64,000 bases of DNA from Candidatus Sericytochromatia bacterium (GCA_036676495.1 JAKFCT010000045.1:18898-82897); one strand, 5' to 3'. Positions 19,322 through 28,829 are shown, counted from the first letter of the stretch. A program made the numbers and translations. The notes: a model not told the origin generated them from the sequence alone.

Positions 19322-20958
19322 GGCGTCTCCTCGCGCGTCGTCGATGGGGCGAACCATGCCCGGGCGAAATGCGCCTTGCCCGTGGGGTGGAGCGTGAAGC
19401 CGCGGACGTTGGCCCGGACCGCAGCCATCTGCTTGGCGTGGAACAGCGGCACCCATGGCGCGTCCCGGTGGATGGCGACCTGCGCCTCCTCGTAGAGCCG
19501 CATGCGCTCCGCGGGATCCGAGACCCGCCGGGCCTTCAGGAGCAAGCGATGGGCCTCTTGCCCCCGGTAGAAGGCGTAGTTGGTGGAGCCGCCCTTGCGG
19601 GCGTTGCTGGCGTCCAGCAGGTTGTAGAGGAAGTTGTCGGGGTCGCCGTTGTCGCCGATCCAGCCGATCAGGGCCGCCTGGTGGTCCCCCTTGCCGAGCT
19701 TGTCGAGGTAGGTTCCCCACTCGTAGGTGGTGATCCGCACCTTGACGCCGATCTTGGCGAGATCCGACTGGATGGCCTCGGCCACCCGCTGGCCTTGAGG
19801 CATGTAGGGCCGGACCACCGGCAGGGCCCAGAGCTCCATCTCGAAGCCCCGGGGGTAGCCGGCCTCGGCCAAGAGGCGCTTGGCGCGCGCGGGATCGTAG
19901 GCATAGTCCCGGATGGCGTCGTTGTAGCCCCAGAGCGTGGGGGGCATGGGGTTCTTGGCGGCTTCGCCAAGGCGGCCGTCCGCGAAGAAGGCCTTGATGA
20001 GGGCCGGCTTGTTGATGGCGTGGTTGAGGGCCTGCCGAACTTTCAGTTGGTCGAAGGGCTTGCGATCGTTGTTCATCGCGAGGTAGCCGATGTTCATGCC
20101 CGGCTCTTGCAGGAAGCTCAGCTCGGCGTTCGCCTCGACCCGGGCGGTGTCGTCCGGATTCAGCCCGCTCATGCCATGGATGGCGCCCACCTCCAGCTCG
20201 AGCAGGCGCACGGCATTCTCGGGGACCGGCTTGAAGATCAGCTTGTCCAGGTAGGGACGCCCGCCCCAGTAGGCCTCGTTGGCTGCCAGCACGATCTTCT
20301 GGTTGGGCTCCCACTTCACGAAGCGGAAGGGACCGGTGCCCACGGGATGGCGGGAGACGTCGGCGCCGTACCGGGCCAACGAGGCCGGAGAGACCATGCC
20401 CATCGAGAACATCGCGAGGTTGCTGAGGAAGGTCGCGTCGTGCTCCTTGAGCGTGACCCGGACGGTCTGCGGGTCGATCACCGTGACCGCGTCCACCACC
20501 GGCTCGAAGAAACTCTGCCAGAACTCGAACTGCTGGCCTTCGAGCGGCTTGCGCTGGCGCTCGAAGTTGACCGCGACGGCGGCGGCATCGAACGGCGTCC
20601 CGTCGTGGAAGGTGACGCCCCGGCGCAGATGGAAGGTGTAGGCCTTCCCGTCGGGAGCGACGTCCCAGGAGGTCGCCAGTCCCGGCTCGAGCGCCGTCGA
20701 GTCCTCCTGGAAGTGGATCAGCTTGTCGAAGACGTTCTCCGTCACGATGGAGGACTCCCCATCGGTGGTGTCGGCCGGATCCAGGCGGGTGGCGTCCCGC
20801 CCCTTGCCGAAGATCAGCGTGCCGCCATAGACGGGCTCGCCCTCCTTACCCAGGGTTCGAGCGTCCTGACCCCCGGGGCCCGCTTTGGGCGGAGCGGAAC
20901 AGGATACCGCCAAGGCCGCCGCCAACATGGCGGCCGCCAGCGCGTGGAAGCGAGGCAT
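19318..20958 (-). CDS. dppA: peptide ABC transporter substrate-binding lipoprotein (family 5)
   Basis: Lipobox AVSC, PGLATSW, GVTFHDG, PVGTGPF, GWIGDNGDPDNF. Confidence 0.92.
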   Translation of the reverse strand: MPRFHALAAAMLAAALAVSCSAPPKAGPGGQDARTLGKEGEPVYGGTLIFGKGRDATRLDPADTTDGESSIVTENVFDKLIHFQEDSTALEPGLATSWDVAPDGKAYTFHLRRGVTFHDGTPFDAAAVAVNFERQRKPLEGQQFEFWQSFFEPVVDAVTVIDPQTVRVTLKEHDATFLSNLAMFSMGMVSPASLARYGADVSRHPVGTGPFRFVKWEPNQKIVLAANEAYWGGRPYLDKLIFKPVPENAVRLLELEVGAIHGMSGLNPDDTARVEANAELSFLQEPGMNIGYLAMNNDRKPFDQLKVRQALNHAINKPALIKAFFADGRLGEAAKNPMPPTLWGYNDAIRDYAYDPARAKRLLAEAGYPRGFEMELWALPVVRPYMPQGQRVAEAIQSDLAKIGVKVRITTYEWGTYLDKLGKGDHQAALIGWIGDNGDPDNFLYNLLDASNARKGGSTNYAFYRGQEAHRLLLKARRVSDPAERMRLYEEAQVAIHRDAPWVPLFHAKQMAAVRANVRGFTLHPTGKAHFARAWFAPSTTREETP

Positions 20959-20970
20959 GGAATCTCCGGT

Positions 20971-21297
20971 CTAGTTCAAGAAGTCCAGGGCCTGGAGCTT
21001 GCGGAGCCGCATGACGGCCGACGCGGCATGGTCTTGCGCCGGTTCGACCCGTTCGCCGAACTCTCCGAAGAGGGTCTTTCCGATCTCATGGACGCTCCGA
21101 GAGCCGTCCGCCAGCTCCCAGACGCGGCCGCTGACGGCATCCAGCCGATGGCTGCGGGGGCCGAAGAGCCGGGTCAGCCCGGACGCGGCGATCGTGAGGG
21201 TGACGGAGCCGTCGTCATGACGCTCCCATTCGGTATCTTCGCGGCGCTTCGGCCGCTGCAAGAGCAAATTCTGCGTTTCGTTGAGAAACAACGGCAT
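20971..21297 (-). CDS. stand-alone PqqD-family (RRE-like) protein
   Basis: LDAVSGRVWELADGSRSVHEIG..L..EF..(E)...L is the PqqD winged-helix pattern. Confidence 0.75.
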   Translation of the reverse strand: MPLFLNETQNLLLQRPKRREDTEWERHDDGSVTLTIAASGLTRLFGPRSHRLDAVSGRVWELADGSRSVHEIGKTLFGEFGERVEPAQDHAASAVMRLRKLQALDFLN

Positions 21298-21448
21298 GGT
21301 GCGCGCTCGAGTCACGGCAACCTCCCGACTGGAAATGGGCAAGCAGGATCTTGCTGCTTCATTCTAGCATTCAGGCGAAACCGACGACTACTCCTCGGCC
21401 CGATAGCGTCACTCCCGCGCCCGATTGCGTCATTCCCGCATCCTTGAA

Positions 21449-21506
21449 CGTCATTCCCGCGAACGCGGGAATCCACTGGGCCCCCGCTTGAATCGCCGGG
21501 GGCGAT
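21449..21506. repeat. REP-like palindrome GTCATTCCCGC-N-GCGGGAATCCA, preceded by two partial units at 21-bp spacing
   Basis: Same unit at 35547-35601. Confidence 0.75.
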
Positions 21507-21651
21507 GCAAAATCCCGAAGTAAAGCTTCGCTCATTAGAGCGATCGTCGTTGCTGCAGGACAGCGAGCTTTGACTTTCTGCCTCTATCCATGTGGTTCTC
21601 GGTTAACGCTCGCTGCCTTTCGCAACAGCCGCGGGCGCTAGAGGATTTTGC
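21507..21651. repeat. 145-nt long-hairpin element (MITE-like or ncRNA)
   Basis: GCAAAATCC/GGATTTTGC closing stem; GTTGC/GCAAC and CAGCGAGC/GCTCGCTG inner stems; 29-nt segment repeated inverted at 47191-47219. Confidence 0.65.
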
Positions 21652-21699
21652 GCGGGGGTGACGGGGATGAGAGCGGGGGGACGCGGCTGGGTGGGCTCG

Positions 21700-22407
21700 C
21701 TAGCCGAGCAAGCTTGCCGCCGACGGATCGAGCAGGACCTCCGCGTCGGGATGCAACTGCAGGACCGACGCGGGACAACGCGGATCCACGAGCCCCCCGA
21801 AAGCCCGCGCGATGGCCGAGGCTTTCGAGGCTCCGGTCGCCGCCAGGAGCACCTTGCGGGCTCGGGTGATCGTGCCGACTCCCATGGTGAGCCCCTGGTG
21901 GATCGCGTGGAGGCTGGAGGGCATCCCCTCGCGCGTCATGTCCGCGAGGCGGGCGACATGCGTCTTCACCACCAGCCGATCGCTGGGCTCATTGAAGGCG
22001 ATGTGGCCGTTCCGGCCAATGCCGAGCACGGCGAGATCCAGGCCGCCGTCGGCAATGAGCGCCTCGTAGCGATGCGTCTCGGCTCCCGCGTCCTCCGCGT
22101 CCCCCCGGGGGGCATGGAAGGCCCCCTCGGGCAAGTCGATGCGCGAAAGCAGCGCCTCGGCGAAGAAGTGCGCGAAGGAATCCGGATGATCCGCCGGGAG
22201 GCCCCGGTACTCGTCCAGGGCGAAGAGCTGGGTCCCCGCAAACGAGATCCGTCCGGCCGCGACCCACTCACCCAGGAGGGCATAGGCCAGGCGCGGAGTT
22301 TCGCCGCTGGGGAGGGCCAAACGGGCCCCAGGCTTCAATGCCCGGGCGATCGCCTGGGCCAATTCAAGGCTCACGGCCTCAGAGGAGGGAAGGTGTCGAA
22401 TCTGCAT
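21700..22407 (-). CDS. nagB: glucosamine-6-phosphate deaminase
   Basis: LPSGETP, LDEY.GL, GIGRNGHIAFNEP, TMGVGTI, PASVLQLH; start MQIRH. Confidence 0.9.
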   Translation of the reverse strand: MQIRHLPSSEAVSLELAQAIARALKPGARLALPSGETPRLAYALLGEWVAAGRISFAGTQLFALDEYRGLPADHPDSFAHFFAEALLSRIDLPEGAFHAPRGDAEDAGAETHRYEALIADGGLDLAVLGIGRNGHIAFNEPSDRLVVKTHVARLADMTREGMPSSLHAIHQGLTMGVGTITRARKVLLAATGASKASAIARAFGGLVDPRCPASVLQLHPDAEVLLDPSAASLLG

Positions 22408-22442
22408 GGCCCCATTGTACGCTATCGCGAGCCCTCCGCGGC

Positions 22443-23630
22443 TCAAACCATCGTGTCCTCGGACGTCCACGTCGGGAGGGAGAACGAGAACGTGCTGCCC
22501 TCGCCCAGCGTACTCTCCGCCCAGACGCGCCCGCCGTGCAGCTCCACCAGGCTTTTCACCAGGGACAATCCGAGTCCCATGCCCCCGAACTGGCGCGTCG
22601 CCGAGGGATCGGCCTGGTAGAACGAGGTGAAGAGCATCGCGAGCTTCTCCGGGGCCAGCCCGATCCCGGTGTCGCTGATTTCCACGATGACCGCCTCCTG
22701 GCGTTCCGGGTCCTTCAGCCATCCCGCTTCGCACTTCAGGCATGCCCGGACGGCGATCCGGCCCCCGGGCGGGGTGAACTTCACCGCATTGGAGAGCAGG
22801 TTCGCCACGATCTGGTAGACATGGTTGGGATCCCCGCGCACCAGCGGGAGGTCGGGATCGATCACCAGGCTGATGCTGAGCGGCTTGGCGGCCGCGAGGT
22901 CGAGCTGCTGCTCGCATGCGGGCTGGAGGATCAAGCCGATATCGAGGGGCTGGATGTCCAGGCTGAGCTTTCCGGCGGTGATCTGGCTCAGGTCGAGCAT
23001 GGTGTTGATCAGCTCGCGCAGGCGGTAGCCATCGGCCAGCAGGCGTTGAAGGAGCTCATGCTGCTCCGAGCTGAGCCGTCCCGTCAGCTCTTCCTCCAGG
23101 ATCTCGCCGTAGCCCAGGATGCCCGACAGTGGCGTCCGCAGCTCGTGGGTAACGTTGGAGAGGAGGTTGCGGCGGAGCACGTCGAGTTCCTTCAATTGCC
23201 GGTTGGCGTCCTCGAGCTCTCGACTGCGCGCTCCCAGGCTCTCCCAGGTCTGGATGGCTCGCTCCTGGATCAGGGCATGGACCAGATCGTCCAGCATCCA
23301 GATCCCGTCGTCCTCCCCCTTCACTCCGATCTCCCGGTAGGCCTCGCGAACCTCGCGGGGCAAGTCGAAGCAAAGGCTGACCAGGCGAGGGTAATCGACG
23401 CCGTGATGCTGCAGCTCCATGAGGTCCCGGCTGAGCCGGGCGTGGTCCTCCGGACGGGACTGCCCCTGCATCTGCCGGATCCAGGTCTCGAGGAGATCCG
23501 AGAGGAAGGCTCGAGCGGCGGTCTCGAAGGGGGGCTTGCTCGGCGTTTCGGGAAAGTGGATCCAGCGTAGGCAGCGACGGACGACGTCGGGGGCGAATGT
23601 GGCGTAAGTCTCGACCAAGGTGATCCTCAT
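22443..23630 (-). CDS. cytoplasmic sensor histidine kinase (helical N-terminal domain + HisKA + HATPase)
   Basis: THELRTPL, NAVKF, DTGIG, GMGLGL; start MRITL at 23630. Confidence 0.9.
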   Translation of the reverse strand: MRITLVETYATFAPDVVRRCLRWIHFPETPSKPPFETAARAFLSDLLETWIRQMQGQSRPEDHARLSRDLMELQHHGVDYPRLVSLCFDLPREVREAYREIGVKGEDDGIWMLDDLVHALIQERAIQTWESLGARSRELEDANRQLKELDVLRRNLLSNVTHELRTPLSGILGYGEILEEELTGRLSSEQHELLQRLLADGYRLRELINTMLDLSQITAGKLSLDIQPLDIGLILQPACEQQLDLAAAKPLSISLVIDPDLPLVRGDPNHVYQIVANLLSNAVKFTPPGGRIAVRACLKCEAGWLKDPERQEAVIVEISDTGIGLAPEKLAMLFTSFYQADPSATRQFGGMGLGLSLVKSLVELHGGRVWAESTLGEGSTFSFSLPTWTSEDTMV

Positions 23631-23646
23631 AACGCCTTCCTTCGCC

Positions 23647-23725
23647 TCGCTGCGGGCGCTGTCGCCTCGCCGCGGGCGCCGTCGCCTAGCCGTGAGCGCT
23701 GTCGCTAGCCACGGGTGCCGCGGCT
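23647..23725. repeat. degenerate ~20-bp tandem repeat (4 units)
   Basis: CTCGCTGCGGGCGCTGTCGC / CTCGCCGCGGGCGCCGTCGC / CTAGCCGTGAGCGCTGTCGC / TAGCCACGGGTGCCGCGGC. Confidence 0.7.
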
Positions 23726-23740
23726 GAGCGCAGTTTACCA

Positions 23741-23777
23741 CGATGCCCCTTCGGCCAGTAGAGGCGAAGGGGCATCG
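23741..23777. terminator. strong hairpin downstream of nadC
   Basis: CGATGCCCCTTCG...CGAAGGGGCATCG; no clear U-tract. Confidence 0.5.
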
Positions 23778-23803
23778 TGAGGAAGGAGCGTTGTGGGACG
23801 GAA

Positions 23804-24685
23804 TCAGGCCGTGTGAAGATCGAGGCTGATGTCCAGGCTGCCGGCGCTATGCGTCAGCGCTCCGACCGAGATGAAGTCCACCCCGGTCTCGGCGACGTGC
23901 CGGATGCTCGTCAGCGTGATGCCACCCGACGCTTCCGTGATGGCCCGGCCGTCGATCAACGCGACCGCCTCACGCATCGTCTCGGGGGCCATGTTGTCCA
24001 GCATGATGATGTCAGCCCCTGCTTCCAGCGCCTCGCGAACCATCTCCAGCGACTCGGTCTCCACCTCGATCCGGGTGGTCATGGGCGCGCCCGCGCGGGC
24101 CCGCCGGACTGCCTCGGCGATCGAGCCGGCGATCTCGATGTGGTTGTCCTTGATCATGATGGCGTCCGCCAGCCCGAAGCGATGGTTGCGCCCGCCGCCG
24201 ACGCGGACGGCGTACTTCTCCAGCAGGCGCAGGCCCGGGGTCGTCTTGCGGGTGTCCAGCAGCTGCGTGTGGGTTCCCTCCAGCGCGTCGGAGTACGTCC
24301 GCGCCAGGGTCGCCGTGGCCGACATGCGTTGCAGGAGGTTCAAGGCCACGCGCTCGGCCATCAACAGGGAACGGGCGGAGCCATGGGCCTCGGCCACGAT
24401 CGTTCCCTTGCGGATGCGATCGCCATCCTGAGCGAGCAACTGGAGCGTGAGCGCCGGGTCCACCAGATGGAAGATCCGCGCGACCACCGGAAGCCCCGCC
24501 ACGACGCCGTCCTGCTTGAACAGGAACTCGGCCCGGCCCATGACGTCCGGAGGCACGATCAGGGTGCTGGTCAGATCCCCCCAGGCCCAGTCCTCGCGCA
24601 ACGCATGCTCGAGGATGGGATCGAGCGTCAGCGGGTGGAGGCCGGCGTGGGCGAGGTGCGTGCTTGTAGGAAGTGCTTTCGGCAT
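23804..24685 (-). CDS. nadC: nicotinate-nucleotide pyrophosphorylase (carboxylating)
   Basis: LRED..GDLT, ERVALN, DTRKTTPGLR, NHRFGL, IKDNH, MLDNM, EASGG. Confidence 0.96.
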   Translation of the reverse strand: MPKALPTSTHLAHAGLHPLTLDPILEHALREDWAWGDLTSTLIVPPDVMGRAEFLFKQDGVVAGLPVVARIFHLVDPALTLQLLAQDGDRIRKGTIVAEAHGSARSLLMAERVALNLLQRMSATATLARTYSDALEGTHTQLLDTRKTTPGLRLLEKYAVRVGGGRNHRFGLADAIMIKDNHIEIAGSIAEAVRRARAGAPMTTRIEVETESLEMVREALEAGADIIMLDNMAPETMREAVALIDGRAITEASGGITLTSIRHVAETGVDFISVGALTHSAGSLDISLDLHTA

Positions 24686-26199
24686 GAATCGTCCATTTCG
24701 GGGTAATCGGTGCGGGCGTGGACGCCGCGGCTCTCCTTGCGCCAGAGCGCGGCTTCGGTGATCAGACGGGCAGACGTCAAGAGGTTGCGAAGCTCCCAGA
24801 ACTCCCGGGACCGCTCCTCGCGGGGACCCGATTCGAGGGTTTCCTGCCAGGCGGTAATCCGAGCCAAGGCTGCTTGAAGGCCCTCTTCCTGGCGGAGCAA
24901 CCCCACGTTCGCCCACATCTCGGCTTGCAACTCGGCGCGCATGGCACCCAGTGCGCCGGATGGGCCCGTCGAGGCGAGCGGAGCGGGCAACGGGGCGGTG
25001 AAGTCCTCTTCCTCCGGTGTGGGGTCCAGCTCGGCAATGGCCTCGGCAACCCGGCGCCCGAAGACCGCCGCCTCCATCAGGGAGTTGCTCGCCAGGCGGT
25101 TGGCGCCATGCAGCCCCGTGGCCGCGGCTTCGCCCGCGGCGTAGAGACCCGGAATCGAGGCCCTGCCCCAGAGATCGGTCTGGACTCCGCCGATGAAGTA
25201 ATGCGCCGCCGGAGCCACCGGCAGCATGTCCTGAGGCAAGTTGAAGCCGTTCTCCCGGCAGAACGCCACGATGTTGGGGAAGCGCGACTGCACCAGCTCG
25301 GCGCTCAGATGGCGGAGATCCAGCCAGACGAACCCCCGGCCGTCCTGGGCCATCTCGGCGGCAATGGCGCGCGCCACCACGTCCCGGGGCGCCAGCTCCT
25401 TGCGGGCGTCGTAGCGCTCCATGAACGCCTCGCCCTTCGCGTTTCTCAGGATCGCCCCCTCGCCCCGGACGGCCTCCGAGATCAGGTGGGTCCGCACTCC
25501 GGGATGCGTCAGGGCCGTGGGATGAAACTGCATGAACTCCATGTCGGCGAGCACCGCGCCCGCACGCCATGCCAGCCCGACCGCATCACCGGTGGCCGTC
25601 GGAGGATTGGTGGTGTAGCGGTAGACCTGCCCCAGGCCGCCGGCCGCCAGCACGGTCGCATCCGCCGCCAGGAAGCTCACCCGATCCTCGGCGTCCATCA
25701 CCAGGGCCCCGCGGCAACGGCCGTCCACTACGAGATCCTGGACGAAGTGATGCTCGCGGATCGTGATCTTCGGATGGCGGCTCGCCTTCTCCGCGAGCGC
25801 GCGCTCGATCTCGAGACCCGTGGCGTCTCCCAGCGCATGCACCACCCGCCGCCGGGAATGGGCGGCCTCCAGGGTGACGGCCAAGCGCCCGTCCTGTTCG
25901 CGGTCGAAGTGAACCCCGGTCTCGACCAAGGCACGCAATTGAGCGGGGCCTTCTTCGGTGAGGATCCTCACGGCGTCCGGGTCACAGAGACCCGCTCCCG
26001 CTGCGATCGTGTCCTGGGCATGCAAATCCGGAGAGTCGTCCGGCGTGACGGCCACCGCGATCCCGCCTTGGGCGTATCGGGTGTTGGAATCCATCAGGTT
26101 CTGCTTGGTGACCAGGTTGACGTCCAGGCCATGATCGGCGAGCGAAAGCGCTGTCCAAAGCCCGGTCAGGCCGCTGCCGATGACGAGTACGGATCGCAA
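24628..26199 (-). CDS. nadB: L-aspartate oxidase
   Basis: IGSGLTG, YAQGGIA, EAAHSRRR, MEFMQFHPT, SEAVRGEG, LAPRDVV, HGANRLASNSL; TTG start. Confidence 0.95.
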   Translation of the reverse strand: MRSVLVIGSGLTGLWTALSLADHGLDVNLVTKQNLMDSNTRYAQGGIAVAVTPDDSPDLHAQDTIAAGAGLCDPDAVRILTEEGPAQLRALVETGVHFDREQDGRLAVTLEAAHSRRRVVHALGDATGLEIERALAEKASRHPKITIREHHFVQDLVVDGRCRGALVMDAEDRVSFLAADATVLAAGGLGQVYRYTTNPPTATGDAVGLAWRAGAVLADMEFMQFHPTALTHPGVRTHLISEAVRGEGAILRNAKGEAFMERYDARKELAPRDVVARAIAAEMAQDGRGFVWLDLRHLSAELVQSRFPNIVAFCRENGFNLPQDMLPVAPAAHYFIGGVQTDLWGRASIPGLYAAGEAAATGLHGANRLASNSLMEAAVFGRRVAEAIAELDPTPEEEDFTAPLPAPLASTGPSGALGAMRAELQAEMWANVGLLRQEEGLQAALARITAWQETLESGPREERSREFWELRNLLTSARLITEAALWRKESRGVHARTDYPEMDDSCRKHFLQARTSPTPASTR

Positions 26200-26237
26200 G
26201 CGACCGCCCCCCTTCTCATGTATACCGCGGGCTCCTA

Positions 26238-26252
26238 TTAAGCCCGTATTAA
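26238..26252. promoter_or_regulatory. TTAA-N7-TTAA motif
   Basis: TTAAGCCCGTATTAA in the divergent nadB/hypothetical intergenic region. Confidence 0.55.
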
Positions 26253-26319
26253 GGCTTGAATTATAACACGCCTTGAGTTACAAGAAGGAAGGAAGCCCCA
26301 GAGGGGCGGAAGGGGGACC

Positions 26320-26529
26320 ATGACCACCGGGACGATGCCTGCGATCGCCTTCGAGCCTATCGAATGCGAGTACTTCGACAAGGAAAACCTCGGTTGGGCC
26401 AAGGCCTACATCGCCAAGCACCAGCAACGCCTCGAAGAAGGCGGTGAAGACCTGGCCCCCCAGCTGCGCCGCTTCATGGAAACGGAAATCGCCGCCTACG
26501 AGGAGCTGATCGCCCGCTTTTCCAAGTAA
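26320..26529 (+). CDS. small hypothetical protein
   Basis: 69 aa, host-like codon usage, purine-rich RBS. Confidence 0.7.
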   Translation: MTTGTMPAIAFEPIECEYFDKENLGWAKAYIAKHQQRLEEGGEDLAPQLRRFMETEIAAYEELIARFSK

Positions 26530-26535
26530 GCCCGC

Positions 26536-27699
26536 TTACTCGAGGAAGGCCGCAAAGACCTCGTTGGACAGCATGATCCCGCGTGGGGTCAACAGCAGGC
26601 GATCGCCCCGATCTTCCAGGAGACCGTCCGCCACCAGCTGCTGGACGGTCTTGCCGTAGCGCGCGTCGAGCGCTTCCCCGAACCGTTCCGCGTAACGCGC
26701 CTTTTCCAGCCCGTCCCGGGTCATGCGCAACCCCAGGAAGATCAGCTCCTCGCGGATCTCCTGCTCGCTCATCGGCTCCGCGGGAATTTCCGGCCGCGGA
26801 TCCCGGACGTAGTCCATGATCCCGCGGCCATGCGCGTAGCGGCGGTTCCGCCAGTAGGAGTGCGCCCCCGTCCCCAGCCCGATGAAGGGGGCGTTGACCC
26901 AGTAGCGCGTGTTGTGGCGCGACTCGAAGCCGGGCTGGGTCCAGCTCGAGATCTCGTACTGCTCGAAGCCCGCGCCCCGCATCCGCGTCTCCAGGACCTC
27001 GGCCATGGCGATCTCGAGGTCCTCGTCGACCAGCTGAAGCTTGCCTTTGCGGTGCCAGGCCCCGAAGACCGTCTGCTCCTCGAGGATCAGGCTGTAGATC
27101 GAGAAATGCTTCGGCTCCAGGGCCAGGGCCTGGGTGATGCTCTCCTCCCAGTCGGCCATGGTCTGGCCGGGAAGGGCGTACATGAGGTCGAGGCTGAGGT
27201 TGGTGATGCCCGCGTCGCGGAGGGCCTCCAGCGTGCGCGGCACGTCCTCGGGGGCGTGGTCGCGGCCGATCCGCTTCAGCAGCTCGGGCGAAAAGGTCTG
27301 GACGCCCAGGCTCATGCGGCGGATGCCCCAGTCATGCGCGGTCTTCCAGAGCTCGGGGCTGCCGGTGCCGGGGTTGACCTCCATGGTCGCTTCCGCGCCG
27401 GGAAGGATCCGGAGGTGCCGGTGGAGGGCGCTCATGATCGTGTCGAGCTGGCGCGGGGTGAGCACCGAGGGGGTGCCGCCGCCGAAGTAGATCGTCTCGG
27501 CCTCCAGGCCGGCGTAGGCCGCGATCTCGCGCGTCAGGGCCTCCACGTAGGCGTCGATGTGTTTTTCCTGCCCCGCATAGCATGCGAAGTCGCAGTAGTA
27601 GCACTTCTTCACGCAGAAGGGGATATGCAGGTAGACCCCCACGCGCCGATCGGCGGGAGCGAGCGTGTCCAGGTCGAAGAGAGGCGTCGGTATCGTCAT
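26536..27699 (-). CDS. hemW: radical SAM heme chaperone (HemN-like)
   Basis: YLHIPFCVKKCYYCDF, YFGGGTPS, SLGVQ, YEISSW, HNTRYW (HNxxYW). Confidence 0.92.
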   Translation of the reverse strand: MTIPTPLFDLDTLAPADRRVGVYLHIPFCVKKCYYCDFACYAGQEKHIDAYVEALTREIAAYAGLEAETIYFGGGTPSVLTPRQLDTIMSALHRHLRILPGAEATMEVNPGTGSPELWKTAHDWGIRRMSLGVQTFSPELLKRIGRDHAPEDVPRTLEALRDAGITNLSLDLMYALPGQTMADWEESITQALALEPKHFSIYSLILEEQTVFGAWHRKGKLQLVDEDLEIAMAEVLETRMRGAGFEQYEISSWTQPGFESRHNTRYWVNAPFIGLGTGAHSYWRNRRYAHGRGIMDYVRDPRPEIPAEPMSEQEIREELIFLGLRMTRDGLEKARYAERFGEALDARYGKTVQQLVADGLLEDRGDRLLLTPRGIMLSNEVFAAFLE

Positions 27700-27707
27700 G
27701 CCTCGCA

Positions 27708-28259
27708 TTATACCGAGTTTTGCTTCCACTCCGGGGCCAGAACGGCCATCTCGAGGAAATCATGGAACCGGCCCGCGAAGAAGCGGTGGTCGCGAAGCCG
27801 TCCCTCGGTCTGGAAGCCGCAGCGCTCGTAGCAGGCGATCGCCCGCGCATTGGTCGCCAAGACCAGCAGCCTCGCCTTGTGGAGGCCGAGATCGTCGAAG
27901 AGGTAGCCGAGCAGCGTCTGGAGAGCGTCCGTTCCGAGGCCGTGGCCCCGGGTTGCGGCATCGCCCAGGTAGAGGCCGACGAGGGTCTGGCGATCGCCCG
28001 CATCGTAGGCGCCGTACCAGATCGTCCCGATCAGGCCCTCCGGGGTCTCGATCCCCAGGGTCTTGCCCTCCTGGGAGGAGGTCTTGTCGAGCTCGGTATC
28101 GAGCCAGGCGTCGAGCTCGTCGCGGCTGCTGACGCGGCGCCGGGAGCCCATCTGGCTCCAGAGCTCGGGATCGTTCCACCAGTCGTGGAGCGCGTCGCTG
28201 TCGTCCCGTTCCAGGGCGCGGAGTCGAATGATCTTTCCTTGAAGCATGGCCGTTCTCAT
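27708..28259 (-). CDS. GNAT acetyltransferase (RimJ/RimL-like)
   Basis: IRLRALE..D, RGHGLGT, N.RAI.CYE.CGF..EG.LR. Confidence 0.88.
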   Translation of the reverse strand: MRTAMLQGKIIRLRALERDDSDALHDWWNDPELWSQMGSRRRVSSRDELDAWLDTELDKTSSQEGKTLGIETPEGLIGTIWYGAYDAGDRQTLVGLYLGDAATRGHGLGTDALQTLLGYLFDDLGLHKARLLVLATNARAIACYERCGFQTEGRLRDHRFFAGRFHDFLEMAVLAPEWKQNSV

Positions 28260-28313
28260 GAGGAAGCCGGGGGAAGGTTTCCCCCGGCTTTGCGATTGGA
28301 TAGAGGTTCGAGA

Positions 28314-28829
28314 TTAGTAGTTCTTGACGCGGAACACGACGATGGCGTTGCCGCCCTTCTTGCCCGTGCCGGCCAAGTCGTACTTCTCGGAGGCGGTGCC
28401 GTCGTTGTCGTAAGTGATCGCGCCGTAGTTGGTCATGTCGGTCGGAACCGCCATGGTACCGGGGGCGATCACTTCGTTGACCTTCTTGGCGAAGTGCGCG
28501 GCGACAAAGGGGATATTGGCAGTCTGCTGCTTGTTCCAGGGAGTGTTGGGGAATGCCGTGAGGTAGTCGCTGGCCGCGCCGATGACCAAGCCCTCGCCGG
28601 CAGCCGCGGCGGTAAGCGAGGCGGGGTAGACGCCTGCGTAGTCAACGGCGTACTGCTCGACAGCCATCTGAATGGTGTGACCGTTCGCCTGAACGCCCGA
28701 GTTCTTGGCCTTGTCCTGGGCGCCCATGAAGTTGGGAACCGCCACCGAAGCCAAGATGCCGATGATGACGACGACTACCAGCAGCTCGATCAGGGTGAAA
28801 CCGCCCTGACCCTTCTTCTTGATTTGCAT
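28314..28829 (-). CDS. type IV pilin / pseudopilin
   Basis: Class III signal KKKGQGG|FTLIELLVVVVIIGILASVAVPNF. Confidence 0.92.
   Translation of the reverse strand: MQIKKKGQGGFTLIELLVVVVIIGILASVAVPNFMGAQDKAKNSGVQANGHTIQMAVEQYAVDYAGVYPASLTAAAAGEGLVIGAASDYLTAFPNTPWNKQQTANIPFVAAHFAKKVNEVIAPGTMAVPTDMTNYGAITYDNDGTASEKYDLAGTGKKGGNAIVVFRVKNY

Noticed and set aside
8048-21447. Very long plus-strand ORFs (8048-10468, 11312-12871, 16021-18375, 19216-21447) and similar ones such as 1453-3351 and 39033-41408
   Set aside because: Antisense shadows of well-supported genes, expected in high-GC DNA; no recognisable motifs
23804-26199. nadB-nadC without nadA; 58-nt overlap
   Set aside because: Split nad genes are common, and the overlap may reflect start-site uncertainty in nadC
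20971-27699. PqqD-like protein + radical SAM as a RiPP cluster
   Set aside because: The radical SAM is a typical HemW (HNxxYW, no SPASM domain), over 5 kb away, with no precursor peptide seen
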